Source: Spirochaetae bacterium HGW-Spirochaetae-1 (GTDB taxonomy: Bacteria > Spirochaetota > UBA4802 > UBA5550). Taken from it: a stretch of DNA of 64,000 bases. How positions within the stretch are numbered: position 1 is the first letter of the stretch; the number at the start of each line of letters is the position of its first letter. Below the pieces are notes generated by a model. It did not search any database. It saw only the letters and a program-made list of their open reading frames with translations, and was not told the DNA's origin. The position numbers were made by a program, and so were the translations under genes. The stretch covers positions 64,080 to 128,079 of the forward strand of contig PGXY01000009.1 in NCBI GenBank assembly GCA_002839375.1. The letters are read 5' to 3'. Positions 48,989 to 59,133 of this stretch are shown here, piece by piece.

Positions 48989-49341
48989 CGTACTTTATCT
49001 ATACATGGCGTCGGTCCGGTCGCGGATGAACGCTGCCGTAAAGAATTGTATGAAAACACGGCAGGGCCGGTCAAATACATTATCATCCTTTTGCCGGGGG
49101 AAAATGAAAAAAAAGTTGCTAATTATCAACATTCCTGCTAATAACTGCAGCAAAGATGAGCCTCAGGGGATGGAAAAGAATCTCCATGCACGGCTGATTC
49201 ATAAGGGAGCTTCAATAAATAATTTTTTTGTTGCTTCCTTGCGGGCGCAAACATCGCAAAAATAAAGTTTTTCATTTTAATGGTATTGAAAAACCGTTTT
49301 TTTTGAGGTGCCAATATTTTAAATTATCCAGGAGAAATGCA

Positions 49342-49866
49342 ATGAAAAGAATGTTCAGGGGGACCGCCATAATTCTGTCGGCAGTGCTTTCAATGAATGT
49401 ATTAGCGGGCTGTCACGGCAGCTATACGTTGTTTCACAAGGTGTTGAAATGGAACGGAACAATCGGGGATAAATGGGTCAGGTCCGTGGTCCATTTCCTT
49501 CTGTGGCTGGTTCCGATTTATGGCATATGCTTTTTAGTAGACCTGATCGGGCTTAACACTATTGAATTCTGGACCGGCAGCAATCCCCTGGCTATGAATC
49601 CCGGGGATAAAGAGCAGCAGGTCGTTACATACAATAATGATCTGTACCGCATAACAGCAACAAAAAACCGTTTTGATGTTGTCACGATGACCGGACAGAA
49701 AGCTGGTGAGGCCGTGGCATTGGTGTATCACGATGATCTCAATACCTGGAATGTGGAATCAGAAGGGATGGAAAGGGTTGTGGCCCGCATCGACGAAAAG
49801 GATCCGGCCCTGATGTACCTCATACATCCCGATGGCCATGAAGAACCGGTCAATGTAAACGAATGA
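49342..49866 (+). CDS. DUF3332-like lipoprotein (hypothetical)
   Basis: GGAGA RBS precedes ATG 49342. Signal/lipobox VLAGCHGSY followed by LFHKVLKWNGTIGDKW. Identified as DUF3332-like from memory only, a weak basis. Confidence 0.5.
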   Translation: MKRMFRGTAIILSAVLSMNVLAGCHGSYTLFHKVLKWNGTIGDKWVRSVVHFLLWLVPIYGICFLVDLIGLNTIEFWTGSNPLAMNPGDKEQQVVTYNNDLYRITATKNRFDVVTMTGQKAGEAVALVYHDDLNTWNVESEGMERVVARIDEKDPALMYLIHPDGHEEPVNVNE

Positions 49867-50949
49867 TTAAAAGCTGAATAATTTCTGATTCAATACGGCT
49901 ATGCAGCTGTCCACTGTTTCGGGGTCGTATTGAATGCCTCGCTTCTTCCTTATCTCCTCCACGGCGAGTTCCACTCCCATGGAGGCCCGGTAGGGACGAT
50001 GCGAGGCTATGGCCTCCACGACATCGGCCACGGTGAGTATTTTTGCCTCGGGTGTTATTTCGCTTCCCCCTATTCCCAGGGGATATCCTGAACCGTCTAT
50101 TTTTTCATGGTGCTGATACACGATCTTCGCCACGGGCCAGGGGAAATCTATCCCTTTGAGCAGTTCAAAGCCTGAACGGGCATGGTCTTTCACCAGGTTG
50201 AATTCGGCACCGGTAAGTCGCGAAGGCTTTGACAATATCTCCGAGGGTACCGAGAGCTTGCCCAGGTCGTGGATAGTGCCGGCCGTGGTGAGGCCGGCGA
50301 TTGAAAAATCGTCCAGGGACATGTTCCGGGCAATGACTTGTGCCAGCATGGCCACGCGCCGCTGGTGGCCGGCCGTGTAAGGATCCCGGAGTTCTACTGC
50401 CGAAACAATGGCTTGCACTGTACCCTGGAGGGTTTTCTCCAGCACCTGCATCTGTTCCTCTATTTTCTTTTCGGCCGTTTTCCTCATTTCGATTTCACGC
50501 CGCAGTTCCTCGGTCTGCTGTTGTACCATGAATTCCAGGTTTTCCTGGTAGCGCTTGTTTTCCCGTAGGAGCTGGGACCTCTCGATGGCCCTGCTGATGG
50601 AGTGGATCAGTATGTTCATGTCAAAGAGGGGCTTCATGAGGTAGTCCCAGGCCCCCAGCTTGACCGCTTCTATGGCCAGGGAGATATCACCCGTTCCCGA
50701 TACGGCTATGACGGGGATGTCAGGATATTCTCCGCTGACGTGTGTTATCACATCCAGGCCGTTCATCTCCGGCATCATGAGATCACACAGCACCACGTCG
50801 GGAGCTGCTGTCCTTATCATCTCGATTCCTTTCCTGCCGTTTTCAGCCTCGATGACCGAGTAGCCATGATCCTCCAGAAAGTCGGTCATGGTCTGGCGGA
50901 GGATATATTCATCGTCGATGACGAGGATTGTTGGGCTTATGCTGTTCAT
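49867..50949 (-). CDS. Response regulator with HD-GYP phosphodiesterase output (RpfG-like)
   Basis: REC domain (ILVIDDE...LCDLMMPEMNGLDV). HD-GYP motifs HDLGK and HHEKIDGSGYP. Confidence 0.85.
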   Translation of the reverse strand: MNSISPTILVIDDEYILRQTMTDFLEDHGYSVIEAENGRKGIEMIRTAAPDVVLCDLMMPEMNGLDVITHVSGEYPDIPVIAVSGTGDISLAIEAVKLGAWDYLMKPLFDMNILIHSISRAIERSQLLRENKRYQENLEFMVQQQTEELRREIEMRKTAEKKIEEQMQVLEKTLQGTVQAIVSAVELRDPYTAGHQRRVAMLAQVIARNMSLDDFSIAGLTTAGTIHDLGKLSVPSEILSKPSRLTGAEFNLVKDHARSGFELLKGIDFPWPVAKIVYQHHEKIDGSGYPLGIGGSEITPEAKILTVADVVEAIASHRPYRASMGVELAVEEIRKKRGIQYDPETVDSCIAVLNQKLFSF

Positions 50950-51526
50950 GCGCGGTTTCCCGTATCCTGTTAGTTCCTCTGCTAATACCTTCGTTTATGG
51001 CAAGGATTGCTTATTCTTCAAATCTTATGGAGACCTGCCTGAAGTATACACTCTTATGAAGTGGTATACAAGTAATTAATTCAGGAAAAATGTATTGGAT
51101 CGGCATAGAGTACTTCATTGAAGGGAGTCTCAAAATAGCTCGCCAGTCAAACCGTGGGATCGAGGAGATCAACTATGTAATCTTTCATATCCATATTAAT
51201 GTCGGATATATCGGTATCGGTAAAGCAGAGAATATACAATAGCCGAATGGTGCCCAATAAAACCGTTTGAATGGTAAAAGACCAGTTATGCATAAATTTG
51301 ACATGTATCGATAGATTTACTATTAATACAATATGGATGTTATCATGAAGATGAATAATTGCTACAGGGACAGGAGAAAGACGGAGCAGAGGAGCCATTT
51401 CCGGCGTGCAATTGAAAGAAGAGAACGGAACAGGCCCACCTTTGACCGCAGAATATTTGACAGGAGACTCTTCGAAAGAAGAGAGATTGGAAATAGTATA
51501 GAAGAGTATTGAAAAGGAAGGAGCGG

Positions 51527-52030
51527 TCAGGGCTGTATTTCTCCGTTGCCGAAGAGCAGTTTCATCGCTGCTACTTTTTCAGTGAAAACGGGGGAAAAAT
51601 ACAGTTCCCGGAGCAGGCTTGATTTTTCTTCCCTGTCGAGGAGATACTCGAGATACAGGGTGTAAACCTGGCCGTCGCTTGAGTCGGCAAGAACGATGAA
51701 GAGAGCAAAGCCCGTTCCCCAATAGAAAAAGCGCGTTTTCGTAACCGCCATATTGTCGGTTTGACAATCATTCATGAAAATTCCGAAGCGGTCGAGAAGC
51801 CGTGAACCTGAATGGCGGTCAGGCAGGCTGGTATTCAGACACGTGGTTATTTCTTTCCTCAGATGGGGCGTTTCCCGAATAAGGGTCTCCATGAAGAGCT
51901 CATTATGCCGTTCCAGTTCCTTCTCGGCAATCTTTGCCGGCAGTGTCACGGGAATGAGTAGTAAAATCATTATGATGCTGTATATGCCTGAAAAGTTCAT
52001 ATCCATGAATTCCAAATAAACCGATATCAA
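51527..52030 (-). CDS. Hypothetical secreted/membrane-anchored protein
   Basis: 167 aa, N-terminal hydrophobic segment, no recognised motif. Confidence 0.35.
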   Translation of the reverse strand: MISVYLEFMDMNFSGIYSIIMILLLIPVTLPAKIAEKELERHNELFMETLIRETPHLRKEITTCLNTSLPDRHSGSRLLDRFGIFMNDCQTDNMAVTKTRFFYWGTGFALFIVLADSSDGQVYTLYLEYLLDREEKSSLLRELYFSPVFTEKVAAMKLLFGNGEIQP

Positions 52031-52115
52031 TAGTATATGATGCTATACTACGACGATCACATTTCAAGCAATTTTTATGGCAACTACCGCAATTGGTGAA
52101 TAGAGTCGGCAGGAT

Positions 52116-54476
52116 ATGAATATAAAGATATTGCTTCCCCGGGCCCTGGCCGTGTTTATCTGTTTCATGTTATTTGTTCCTTTTGTATATATCGTCCTGG
52201 TATACCATGAAAGCTTTGATGTAATTAAACAGGAACTCATATTCAGGCCGAAACTGTCCACCTGCATCTATGATGCGAACGGAGAGCTCGTTGCCGAGCT
52301 TTTCAATGAAAACAGGAGGTATGCTGCACTGGGAGATATCTCTCCTGAGATCATCAAGGCCTTCCTGGTCGCCGAAGACAGGGATTTTTACCGGCACAGC
52401 GGATATGATTTTATCTCCATGGCCCGGGCCCTGATTATAGACCTGGCGAGCGGTGAGATCCGGCAGGGAGGGTCCACCATCACCCAGCAGTTGGCCAAGC
52501 AGCTTTATACCGGCCAGGAGCGGACTATACGCCGCAAAATACAGGAAATCTTTATCGCCCGGGAACTGGAACGGCAGTATGACAAGGACCGGATTCTGGA
52601 GATGTACCTGAACCAGATATATTTCGGTCACGGCGTGTACGGGGTTGATTCGGCATGCCGCTTTTTTTTCCGGAAGAATGCAGGAGAATCGGGGGCTGCC
52701 GAGGCAGCTGTGCTGGCTGCCATACCTGCCGCTCCCAACCGCTATTCGCCGCTGAAAAATCCGCGGGACTCCATGCTTCGCAGCAGACAGATAATCGATG
52801 ATGTGACAGGCGCCGGCCTGCTGGACAGGGAAAAAGCCCTGGAGGAATTTTCAGCTTTCTGGCATTCCTATGCCGGAGAGCTGGCAATAAGGGGATCATG
52901 GGAAAGCGTCAACAGTACGCCACACGATCGGGCGCCTCATTTTACCGATTACATGAGACGGGTGCTGATTAAAAAATACGGTGAAGACCGGGTTTATTCC
53001 GGCGGCCTGCGTGTGTATACGACCCTGGACCTTCGGCAGCAGGATATTGCCCAGAGGGTTGTGGCGGAAAAGGTGAAGGATCAGAGAATGACGGCCCGCC
53101 TGTATAATCGTGGTGCACTGAACGACATGGACAGGACCCTGGCCGGGGAATCGGCCCGGCGGCGAACGACTGGAAAAGAAGCGGCAATTCTTGCGTTGCT
53201 GTACCGGGAATTGCGACTGGCGGGTCTTGATGAACTGGAGTTGCTGACCGACCTGTTGAATGCCGATGGGGAGAGCGGGATGCTGGAGAGATTTTCGCGT
53301 CGTTACGAATCACTGGTTCGGGAATCGGCAGTTGAAGGAGCCTTTATCGCACTGGATGTGAAGAGCGGCGGCATCACAGCTATGGTGGGAGGCGGGGATG
53401 TCTATAACGGTAACCAGCTTAACCGGGCCATGCAGACCTATCGTCAGCCCGGTTCGGCGTTCAAGGCCTTCGTATATGGTGCAGGAATTGAACTGAAAAA
53501 AATATCACCGGCCACGGCCTTCCTCGATCTGCCCCTGGTGTTCAGGGAAGGAAAAAAAACATGGTCGCCTTCGAATTATGAAAAATCCTTCCAGGGCAGA
53601 GTTCTGGCCAGGAATGCCCTGGCGGCTTCGCTCAATGTCGCATCGGTCATGGTCTATGAAAAGACCGGTGGTGACAGTATAGCTCATTTTGCCTCGGGAA
53701 TTATGGGAATTCCCCGGGAGCGTTTTGCCGTAGATCCCACGCTCGCCCTGGGAACCACGGAAGTGTCGCTCATGGAGATGGTGCGCGGTTTTGCCGCCTA
53801 TGCCCGAAGCGGCACCGATGTGACCCCCCATGCCATCGTGAATATAACCGACAGCAGGGGCAGGAAAATATATGAACGAATTCCGGAAAAGAACAGGCGT
53901 GTTGTGAGCGGTGAAACTGCCTATATAATGACAAGCCTGTTGCGTGACGTGGTGGATCGGGGCACGGCACGGGGGGCGATACGGAACAAATCAGGGTTTT
54001 CCCTTCCTGCTGCGGGGAAAACCGGAACCAATACCAGCTACCGCGACGCATGGTTTATCGGCTATACGCCGGACCTTGTTGCGGGCGTCTGGTTCGGCTG
54101 CGATTCGCAGCTTTTCAGTCTCGGTTCCGGACAGGGTGGCGCCGAGGTGGCCGCTCCGGTGTGGGGTCGGTTCATGCGCGAGGTTTATTCCTCCCGGACA
54201 AAGGGCCGCTTTCCCGACAGGCCCGAGGGTGTGATTGCTCTCGATATTTGTTCCAAAACGGGAAATCTACCCGGGGCTGATTGTCCGGTGCGGAGCGAGG
54301 TGTTTATCAGGGGCACGGAACCAATGGAGAAATGCCGTGGAGACCACAGTGAAATTACCGGCCTCTTGAAACAGGCAAAGCAGGAGAAAGAGATTCTCCT
54401 GAACAGGGAACGTGAAAAAAGAGACAGGCGGGTCGTGGAAAAGCAGGGGATCGAAATTGAAGAGCATTATTTCTGA
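52116..54476 (+). CDS. mrcA: Class A penicillin-binding protein (PBP1A; glycosyltransferase + transpeptidase)
   Basis: GT51 motifs EDRDFYRHSGYD and GGSTITQQLAK. Transpeptidase SAFKAF (SxxK), SLN and KTGT. Confidence 0.9.
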   Translation: MNIKILLPRALAVFICFMLFVPFVYIVLVYHESFDVIKQELIFRPKLSTCIYDANGELVAELFNENRRYAALGDISPEIIKAFLVAEDRDFYRHSGYDFISMARALIIDLASGEIRQGGSTITQQLAKQLYTGQERTIRRKIQEIFIARELERQYDKDRILEMYLNQIYFGHGVYGVDSACRFFFRKNAGESGAAEAAVLAAIPAAPNRYSPLKNPRDSMLRSRQIIDDVTGAGLLDREKALEEFSAFWHSYAGELAIRGSWESVNSTPHDRAPHFTDYMRRVLIKKYGEDRVYSGGLRVYTTLDLRQQDIAQRVVAEKVKDQRMTARLYNRGALNDMDRTLAGESARRRTTGKEAAILALLYRELRLAGLDELELLTDLLNADGESGMLERFSRRYESLVRESAVEGAFIALDVKSGGITAMVGGGDVYNGNQLNRAMQTYRQPGSAFKAFVYGAGIELKKISPATAFLDLPLVFREGKKTWSPSNYEKSFQGRVLARNALAASLNVASVMVYEKTGGDSIAHFASGIMGIPRERFAVDPTLALGTTEVSLMEMVRGFAAYARSGTDVTPHAIVNITDSRGRKIYERIPEKNRRVVSGETAYIMTSLLRDVVDRGTARGAIRNKSGFSLPAAGKTGTNTSYRDAWFIGYTPDLVAGVWFGCDSQLFSLGSGQGGAEVAAPVWGRFMREVYSSRTKGRFPDRPEGVIALDICSKTGNLPGADCPVRSEVFIRGTEPMEKCRGDHSEITGLLKQAKQEKEILLNREREKRDRRVVEKQGIEIEEHYF

Positions 54477-54496
54477 AAAGGCCCGGACGGGAGAAC

Positions 54497-55933
54497 ATGA
54501 GTGAATTGATAAACATCGTATGCAGTAATTGCCACACCAGGTATGCCATGACCCGGATCGATATAAATGATTTGCATGCATCAGTGATGGTGTGTGAAAA
54601 ATGCCGGCGAAATATCAAGATAATACTGTGTCCCGGTTGCGAATCTTTCTATTCTCTGACTTATCAGCTGGTTCCCTATCAGCGATACATGATGGTGTGT
54701 AAAAAATGTTCGGCATCCTTCACGGTGACCTTTCCTGTAATGCAGGGACAGGTAATAAAAACTGATAAAACAATAATTCATGATACAACCGGGAATAGCA
54801 TGATGTTCCGGATGGAGAACAGTGTCCGCGATGCGGTAAACAGGGTGCCGGTGTATGGCCGTAGGCATTCCGGCGAGAGGAGAGAAACCGCCCATGAGGC
54901 TGCACCGTGTGGAGTCGATGAAAATGACGGGGTATTCGGCTCGTTACTTTCCGTTATTGGAAAAACGTTTTCGCCGGCAAAAATTGCATTGGCCATCCCA
55001 GTTGTAATCATTATTCTTCTGGCCTTAACGTACCTGCGGGGCAGGGCTCCGGTTTTTGTGAGGCGGGGAGCCGTTGACTCATTTCTGAATATCCCGGTCA
55101 TGGTATCAATCCTGGTGTTATATGTAATTACTGCCACGGCCATAGCCAGGGTGACCGTTGAGGATATGCTCCATGGCCGCGCGATGGGCATACGGAAAGC
55201 GGGAATGTTCGCCTTGAGAAAAGCAGGACTCGTGTCGATGGTCAATTTTCTTTTATGCGGTCTTCTCTTCGGTGCTTTCACCCTTTTCGGCATGATTCCC
55301 GTCGTAGGCCCGTTCTTTTTTGCATTGTCTTTCTTCCCTCTCTACGTTATAACCGTTATCATCATCATGATGATGATAACGGGATTCTGGTTTTATCCCC
55401 CGTTCCTGGCCTGTTCCCGTGAGAATGAGGAAAACAAAGAAAAAACATTTCTGCATTTTTTACTGCGCCACTTTATGGCACTCCTGTATCTTGTCCCCAT
55501 AATGATCATTGTCTGTGCCATTATATTTTCTGCCGTCTTTTCATTGCACTACGGGGCTTTGTCCGTCATGGCAGCCATTGTCAGGCTTGTGCCGGGTTCG
55601 GAGGCGGTGAAAACTCTTAATGCCATACCACCCGTTTTAAGTGTCGTGACCGATTTGTCCCTCCTGGCCAGGAATATGGACCTGGCAGGTACTTTACTGA
55701 AAGAACTTTATGTCTACCATAAAATCGCCGGACTCATCATGGGCCTTATTTTTTCAGGTCTGACTGTAATGTTTTTCTCGGTCATGATGTCTTTCACTGC
55801 TACACTATCGGCGGCGGTATATGTGTTACTTTGCCGAGGACAAAAGGTGACCGATACGGGTATTATGCGTGTCATGCTTTTCATCCTGTTCGCTCTGGGC
55901 ATCCTGTATTTTTTTAAGAAACTGTACCTGTAA
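54497..55933 (+). CDS. Membrane protein with N-terminal double zinc-ribbon and about 9 TM C-terminal domain
   Basis: CSNCHTRY...CEKCRR and CPGCESFY...CKKCSASF (two CxxC...CxxC ribbons), then a long hydrophobic domain. Begins 21 bp after the PBP1A stop. Confidence 0.5.
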   Translation: MSELINIVCSNCHTRYAMTRIDINDLHASVMVCEKCRRNIKIILCPGCESFYSLTYQLVPYQRYMMVCKKCSASFTVTFPVMQGQVIKTDKTIIHDTTGNSMMFRMENSVRDAVNRVPVYGRRHSGERRETAHEAAPCGVDENDGVFGSLLSVIGKTFSPAKIALAIPVVIIILLALTYLRGRAPVFVRRGAVDSFLNIPVMVSILVLYVITATAIARVTVEDMLHGRAMGIRKAGMFALRKAGLVSMVNFLLCGLLFGAFTLFGMIPVVGPFFFALSFFPLYVITVIIIMMMITGFWFYPPFLACSRENEENKEKTFLHFLLRHFMALLYLVPIMIIVCAIIFSAVFSLHYGALSVMAAIVRLVPGSEAVKTLNAIPPVLSVVTDLSLLARNMDLAGTLLKELYVYHKIAGLIMGLIFSGLTVMFFSVMMSFTATLSAAVYVLLCRGQKVTDTGIMRVMLFILFALGILYFFKKLYL

Positions 55934-56054
55934 ACCCGATAGCAAATCTCAAAAAGTTCTTGTAATAATTACTATATCGTCTTGAGTGAGATGGAAGAGG
56001 ACGTTATAGCAGTGATTATTAGAAGTTCCCTTATTTTAAACAGGAAGGTATTTT

Positions 56055-56840
56055 ATGAAAATTAATGAATTGTTCAGTCTAAAGGGAAAGGTGGCAATCG
56101 TCACGGGCGGCGGACGCGGTATTGGCCAGTTTATCGCTACCGGCCTGGCGGAAGCGGGAGCAAACGTAGTGATAGCCTCACGAAAAATGGAAAAACTGGA
56201 GGAGACGGCAAAGGAACTGGAATCCCTGGGAGTAAAAGCAATGGCCGTCAAATGCGACATGGGGGTCAAGGAGGATATCGAGGCACTGGCCGATATCGCC
56301 GTGAAGGAGTTCGGTACCGTCGATATACTGGTCAATAACGCCGGCGTGACCTGGGGCGCTCCCACGCTGGATTATCCCCTGGATAAATGGGACAGGATAT
56401 TCAACGTGAATGTGCGGGGGGTATGGATACTCTCGCAGAAGATCGCGAATGTGATGAAGGAGAAAGGCGGCGGCAAGATCATCAATATTTCTTCGGTTTA
56501 CGGATCGCGAGGTTCGCTTGAAATCGCCCATCCCGCCGTTGCGTATAATTCCTCAAAAGCGGCAATAGAGGTCCTCACCAAGAATCTCGCCGTGAAGCTT
56601 GCCCAGCACAAGATCCATGTAAACTGCATTGCACCCGGTTTTTTCCACACCGACATGATGGATTATATTTTTAAACCGGAGATGAAACCAATACTGGACG
56701 CCACACTGGGCTTTATTCCGCTTACGAGAGTCGGTCTCGAGGACGACATTAAGGGAGTAGCTGTATTCCTTGCCTCAAAGGCGTCGGATTACCTCACCGG
56801 GGCCGTAATTCCCGTTGACGGCGGGCTTCTTTCGAAATAG
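56055..56840 (+). CDS. SDR-family oxidoreductase (3-oxoacyl-ACP reductase/gluconate dehydrogenase-like)
   Basis: TGGGRGIG cofactor motif, NNAG, catalytic YNSSK. Confidence 0.85.
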   Translation: MKINELFSLKGKVAIVTGGGRGIGQFIATGLAEAGANVVIASRKMEKLEETAKELESLGVKAMAVKCDMGVKEDIEALADIAVKEFGTVDILVNNAGVTWGAPTLDYPLDKWDRIFNVNVRGVWILSQKIANVMKEKGGGKIINISSVYGSRGSLEIAHPAVAYNSSKAAIEVLTKNLAVKLAQHKIHVNCIAPGFFHTDMMDYIFKPEMKPILDATLGFIPLTRVGLEDDIKGVAVFLASKASDYLTGAVIPVDGGLLSK

Positions 56841-56959
56841 GTCTTTTACCTGAAAAGGCAATCCGCTGGCGTGATTATTTTTCTTCCTCTCTCTGAAGGG
56901 AGGGGAAGAAAAAAACTATCAACCGTAAATCGGTCTTCCCGGTAAACATAAATCAATTG

Positions 56960-57823
56960 TTATGCTGAAGTTATAATGTAGTAGGTCTCCGGTTCATTCT
57001 GGTTTTTTACCGTAACTGTGTTGACGCGGGCTCTCATCTCAAAACCCGGACCCTCGCTTGACCGGAATTTCAGCACACCATCCCACTGCTTGTCCGATAC
57101 CAGCCGTTCCCGTACTCCCTGGAGTTCACCCATCGTCGTTTCAATGCAATCCATCAGCGTTTGCGCGATAATGACGTTTTTCATGAATCCAGTGATCCTG
57201 CTGTACTGTTCATTGACATATTCGATGATGCCTCCCGCGTTGATAATCACTATGGCGGCAGGACTGGCGTCCAGGACCTGAGAAAGAACTTCGACTCTGC
57301 TTGATGCTGCCTCTTTCTGGCGTATGTTTTCATCGAGCCATTGAATGACCTGGGAAAGCCCGGCGGTTTTTTCTTCAACCTGGAGTTCCAGCTGATGATG
57401 CTCTTCCCGGAGTTCGGTCTGTCCTTCTGCTATTGCCCGGGACCGTTCGCGTTCACGGTAAAGCTCTTCCAGGGCATCGTGATATTCCGTCATATCGATA
57501 ATCAGGGTAAGTTTTGAAATGGTTCCATCCATATTGTTTACCGGGGTACTGGTCATGCGGAACATACGGCTGTCGCGGGGGCTCGTGGTTTCATATTCAA
57601 CCGTCTCTCCATGGAAAACACGGTCGTTCATACAATGGGCACATTCATTGTCAAGGCCGTGGAGTGCCCTGTAACAAAGTTCGCCCGTGGCATCGTATCC
57701 TGTTCTTTCGATGAGGCGTTGATTCATGTACTGAATCCGGTAGTCCCGGGAGGATATATAAATATAGCCCGGAAAAGAACAGAAAATGGCCTTCAGGATA
57801 TTGCTTTCATTGAACTGCATCAT
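56960..57823 (-). CDS. Tandem PAS-domain protein without output domain
   Basis: Two PAS-like segments separated by a coiled coil; Cys-rich patch CYRALHGLDNECAHC in PAS1. Confidence 0.55.
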   Translation of the reverse strand: MMQFNESNILKAIFCSFPGYIYISSRDYRIQYMNQRLIERTGYDATGELCYRALHGLDNECAHCMNDRVFHGETVEYETTSPRDSRMFRMTSTPVNNMDGTISKLTLIIDMTEYHDALEELYRERERSRAIAEGQTELREEHHQLELQVEEKTAGLSQVIQWLDENIRQKEAASSRVEVLSQVLDASPAAIVIINAGGIIEYVNEQYSRITGFMKNVIIAQTLMDCIETTMGELQGVRERLVSDKQWDGVLKFRSSEGPGFEMRARVNTVTVKNQNEPETYYIITSA

Positions 57824-58051
57824 TATCGCTCTTGGAAATATCGTACTGTCAGGATTGATTTTATCATGACTCCTGCATACGGTATAGCATGTATCGGCGA
57901 TTGAGTCAATAATGATAATTTATGCCGGGGGAATTAATTTATTCTTGGTCATAATTCAAAGATGTTGCGTATGATGAATGAATGGTTGCTGAAAAAAATA
58001 CGAAAAAGAAGAACTGTTCAGGAATAAATATATCATCGTGCGTTTTCTGAA

Positions 58052-59101
58052 TTAAAAGCCGATGTAAAATCCATTGTTCTGTGAGGCAAGCTGGCGCAGG
58101 AAATCAACGGCTTCAGTGTCTTCCTGGTTTCTGAATTCAGTGCCGATACCCATGGTAAAAATTTTCATGTTACGCCTGTTCATGGATTTAATTTTTTTCA
58201 GGAGCTCATTTTTGGTAGTGGTTTTTTTCCGCAGCGAGTCGGGCTGTCCGTCACTGAAGAGTATGATGCCCTCGGCGCTGCGATACGTGTCCCTGGCGAG
58301 AATGAATTCAAGGGCGTATTCCGTGGGCGTGTCATGGTATGGTTTCAGGCAGGCTATTTTTTTATAAAAATCATATTTTTCTTTTTCCGATGATACGGTT
58401 GTGAGAGAACCCTCGAAGTAGCCGTACTTGTAGCAGGGAAGGTCCATGCTGTCATAGGCTTCATCCCGCCGTTCGAATTTCCGGCATCGGCTGTCAATAT
58501 CCGGTTTGATGGTGAATCCGGGGCACTGTTCGCGGCTTATATTTTCAGCGAAGGCCGGGAAAAAAACTATATCGATCTGGTATTTCTCGTCCATGGCGGC
58601 GATAAACATTTTAAGGGCTGCCTTCACCTGGGAAAGGCGGTCCTCTTTATAACGGTTATTTTCCGGGGCCATGCTGCCCGAGAGGTCCACTACCATGACG
58701 ATTTTATGGGGGATCTGAAAGGCCATGAGTTTATCGGCATCTTCGGGAGTCTTGAAGAAATTCCTGTCAATGTCAGTGACCTTTTTTATGACTTCGCTGA
58801 ATTTATCCGCCGTGGCGTTCAGGGCTTTTGTGAGGGCCGATATAGTATCTGCTTTTTCAGGAAAATTTTCCCTGACTGTCTGGAGCTCTTTCCGCGTCTC
58901 TGTCAGTTCTTCCGTAGTCTTTGACAGCGTGTCCGTGGTGGCCATGAGTTCCTCTTTCACGTCCTGGCATGTCATGGACTCAATGCCGATTTTCTGCGTG
59001 AGAAGGACTATCATGATGATCATGACGGCGCCCAAGGCCCCGGTCATGACGTCCAGCATGGAAAGATTGAAAATATTTATTTCCCTGTTCAGGCGTCTCA
59101 T
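58052..59101 (-). CDS. ExbD/TolR-like membrane anchor fused to periplasmic coiled coil and von Willebrand factor A domain
   Basis: N-terminus EINIFNLSMLDVMTGALGAVMIIMIVLL resembles the ExbD/TolR TM signature, including the membrane Asp. vWA MIDAS VVDLSGSM, plus SDG and MGIG motifs. Confidence 0.6.
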   Translation of the reverse strand: MRRLNREINIFNLSMLDVMTGALGAVMIIMIVLLTQKIGIESMTCQDVKEELMATTDTLSKTTEELTETRKELQTVRENFPEKADTISALTKALNATADKFSEVIKKVTDIDRNFFKTPEDADKLMAFQIPHKIVMVVDLSGSMAPENNRYKEDRLSQVKAALKMFIAAMDEKYQIDIVFFPAFAENISREQCPGFTIKPDIDSRCRKFERRDEAYDSMDLPCYKYGYFEGSLTTVSSEKEKYDFYKKIACLKPYHDTPTEYALEFILARDTYRSAEGIILFSDGQPDSLRKKTTTKNELLKKIKSMNRRNMKIFTMGIGTEFRNQEDTEAVDFLRQLASQNNGFYIGF

Positions 59102-59133
59102 GGATTATGACCTCGATATATATCCGTGTCGTG

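Noticed and set aside
51147-51398. 83-aa minus-strand ORF in the 50950..51526 intergenic region
   Set aside because: No RBS, hydrophobic low-complexity product. The region is more likely the promoter/5'-UTR of the HD-GYP regulator, and it contains purine-rich GAAAGAAGAGA direct repeats.
56870-56925. Imperfect hairpin CTTCCTCTC...GGGAGGGGAAG after the SDR gene
   Set aside because: The T-run precedes and the A-run follows the stem on both strands, which is the wrong polarity for an intrinsic terminator. The stem has internal mismatches.
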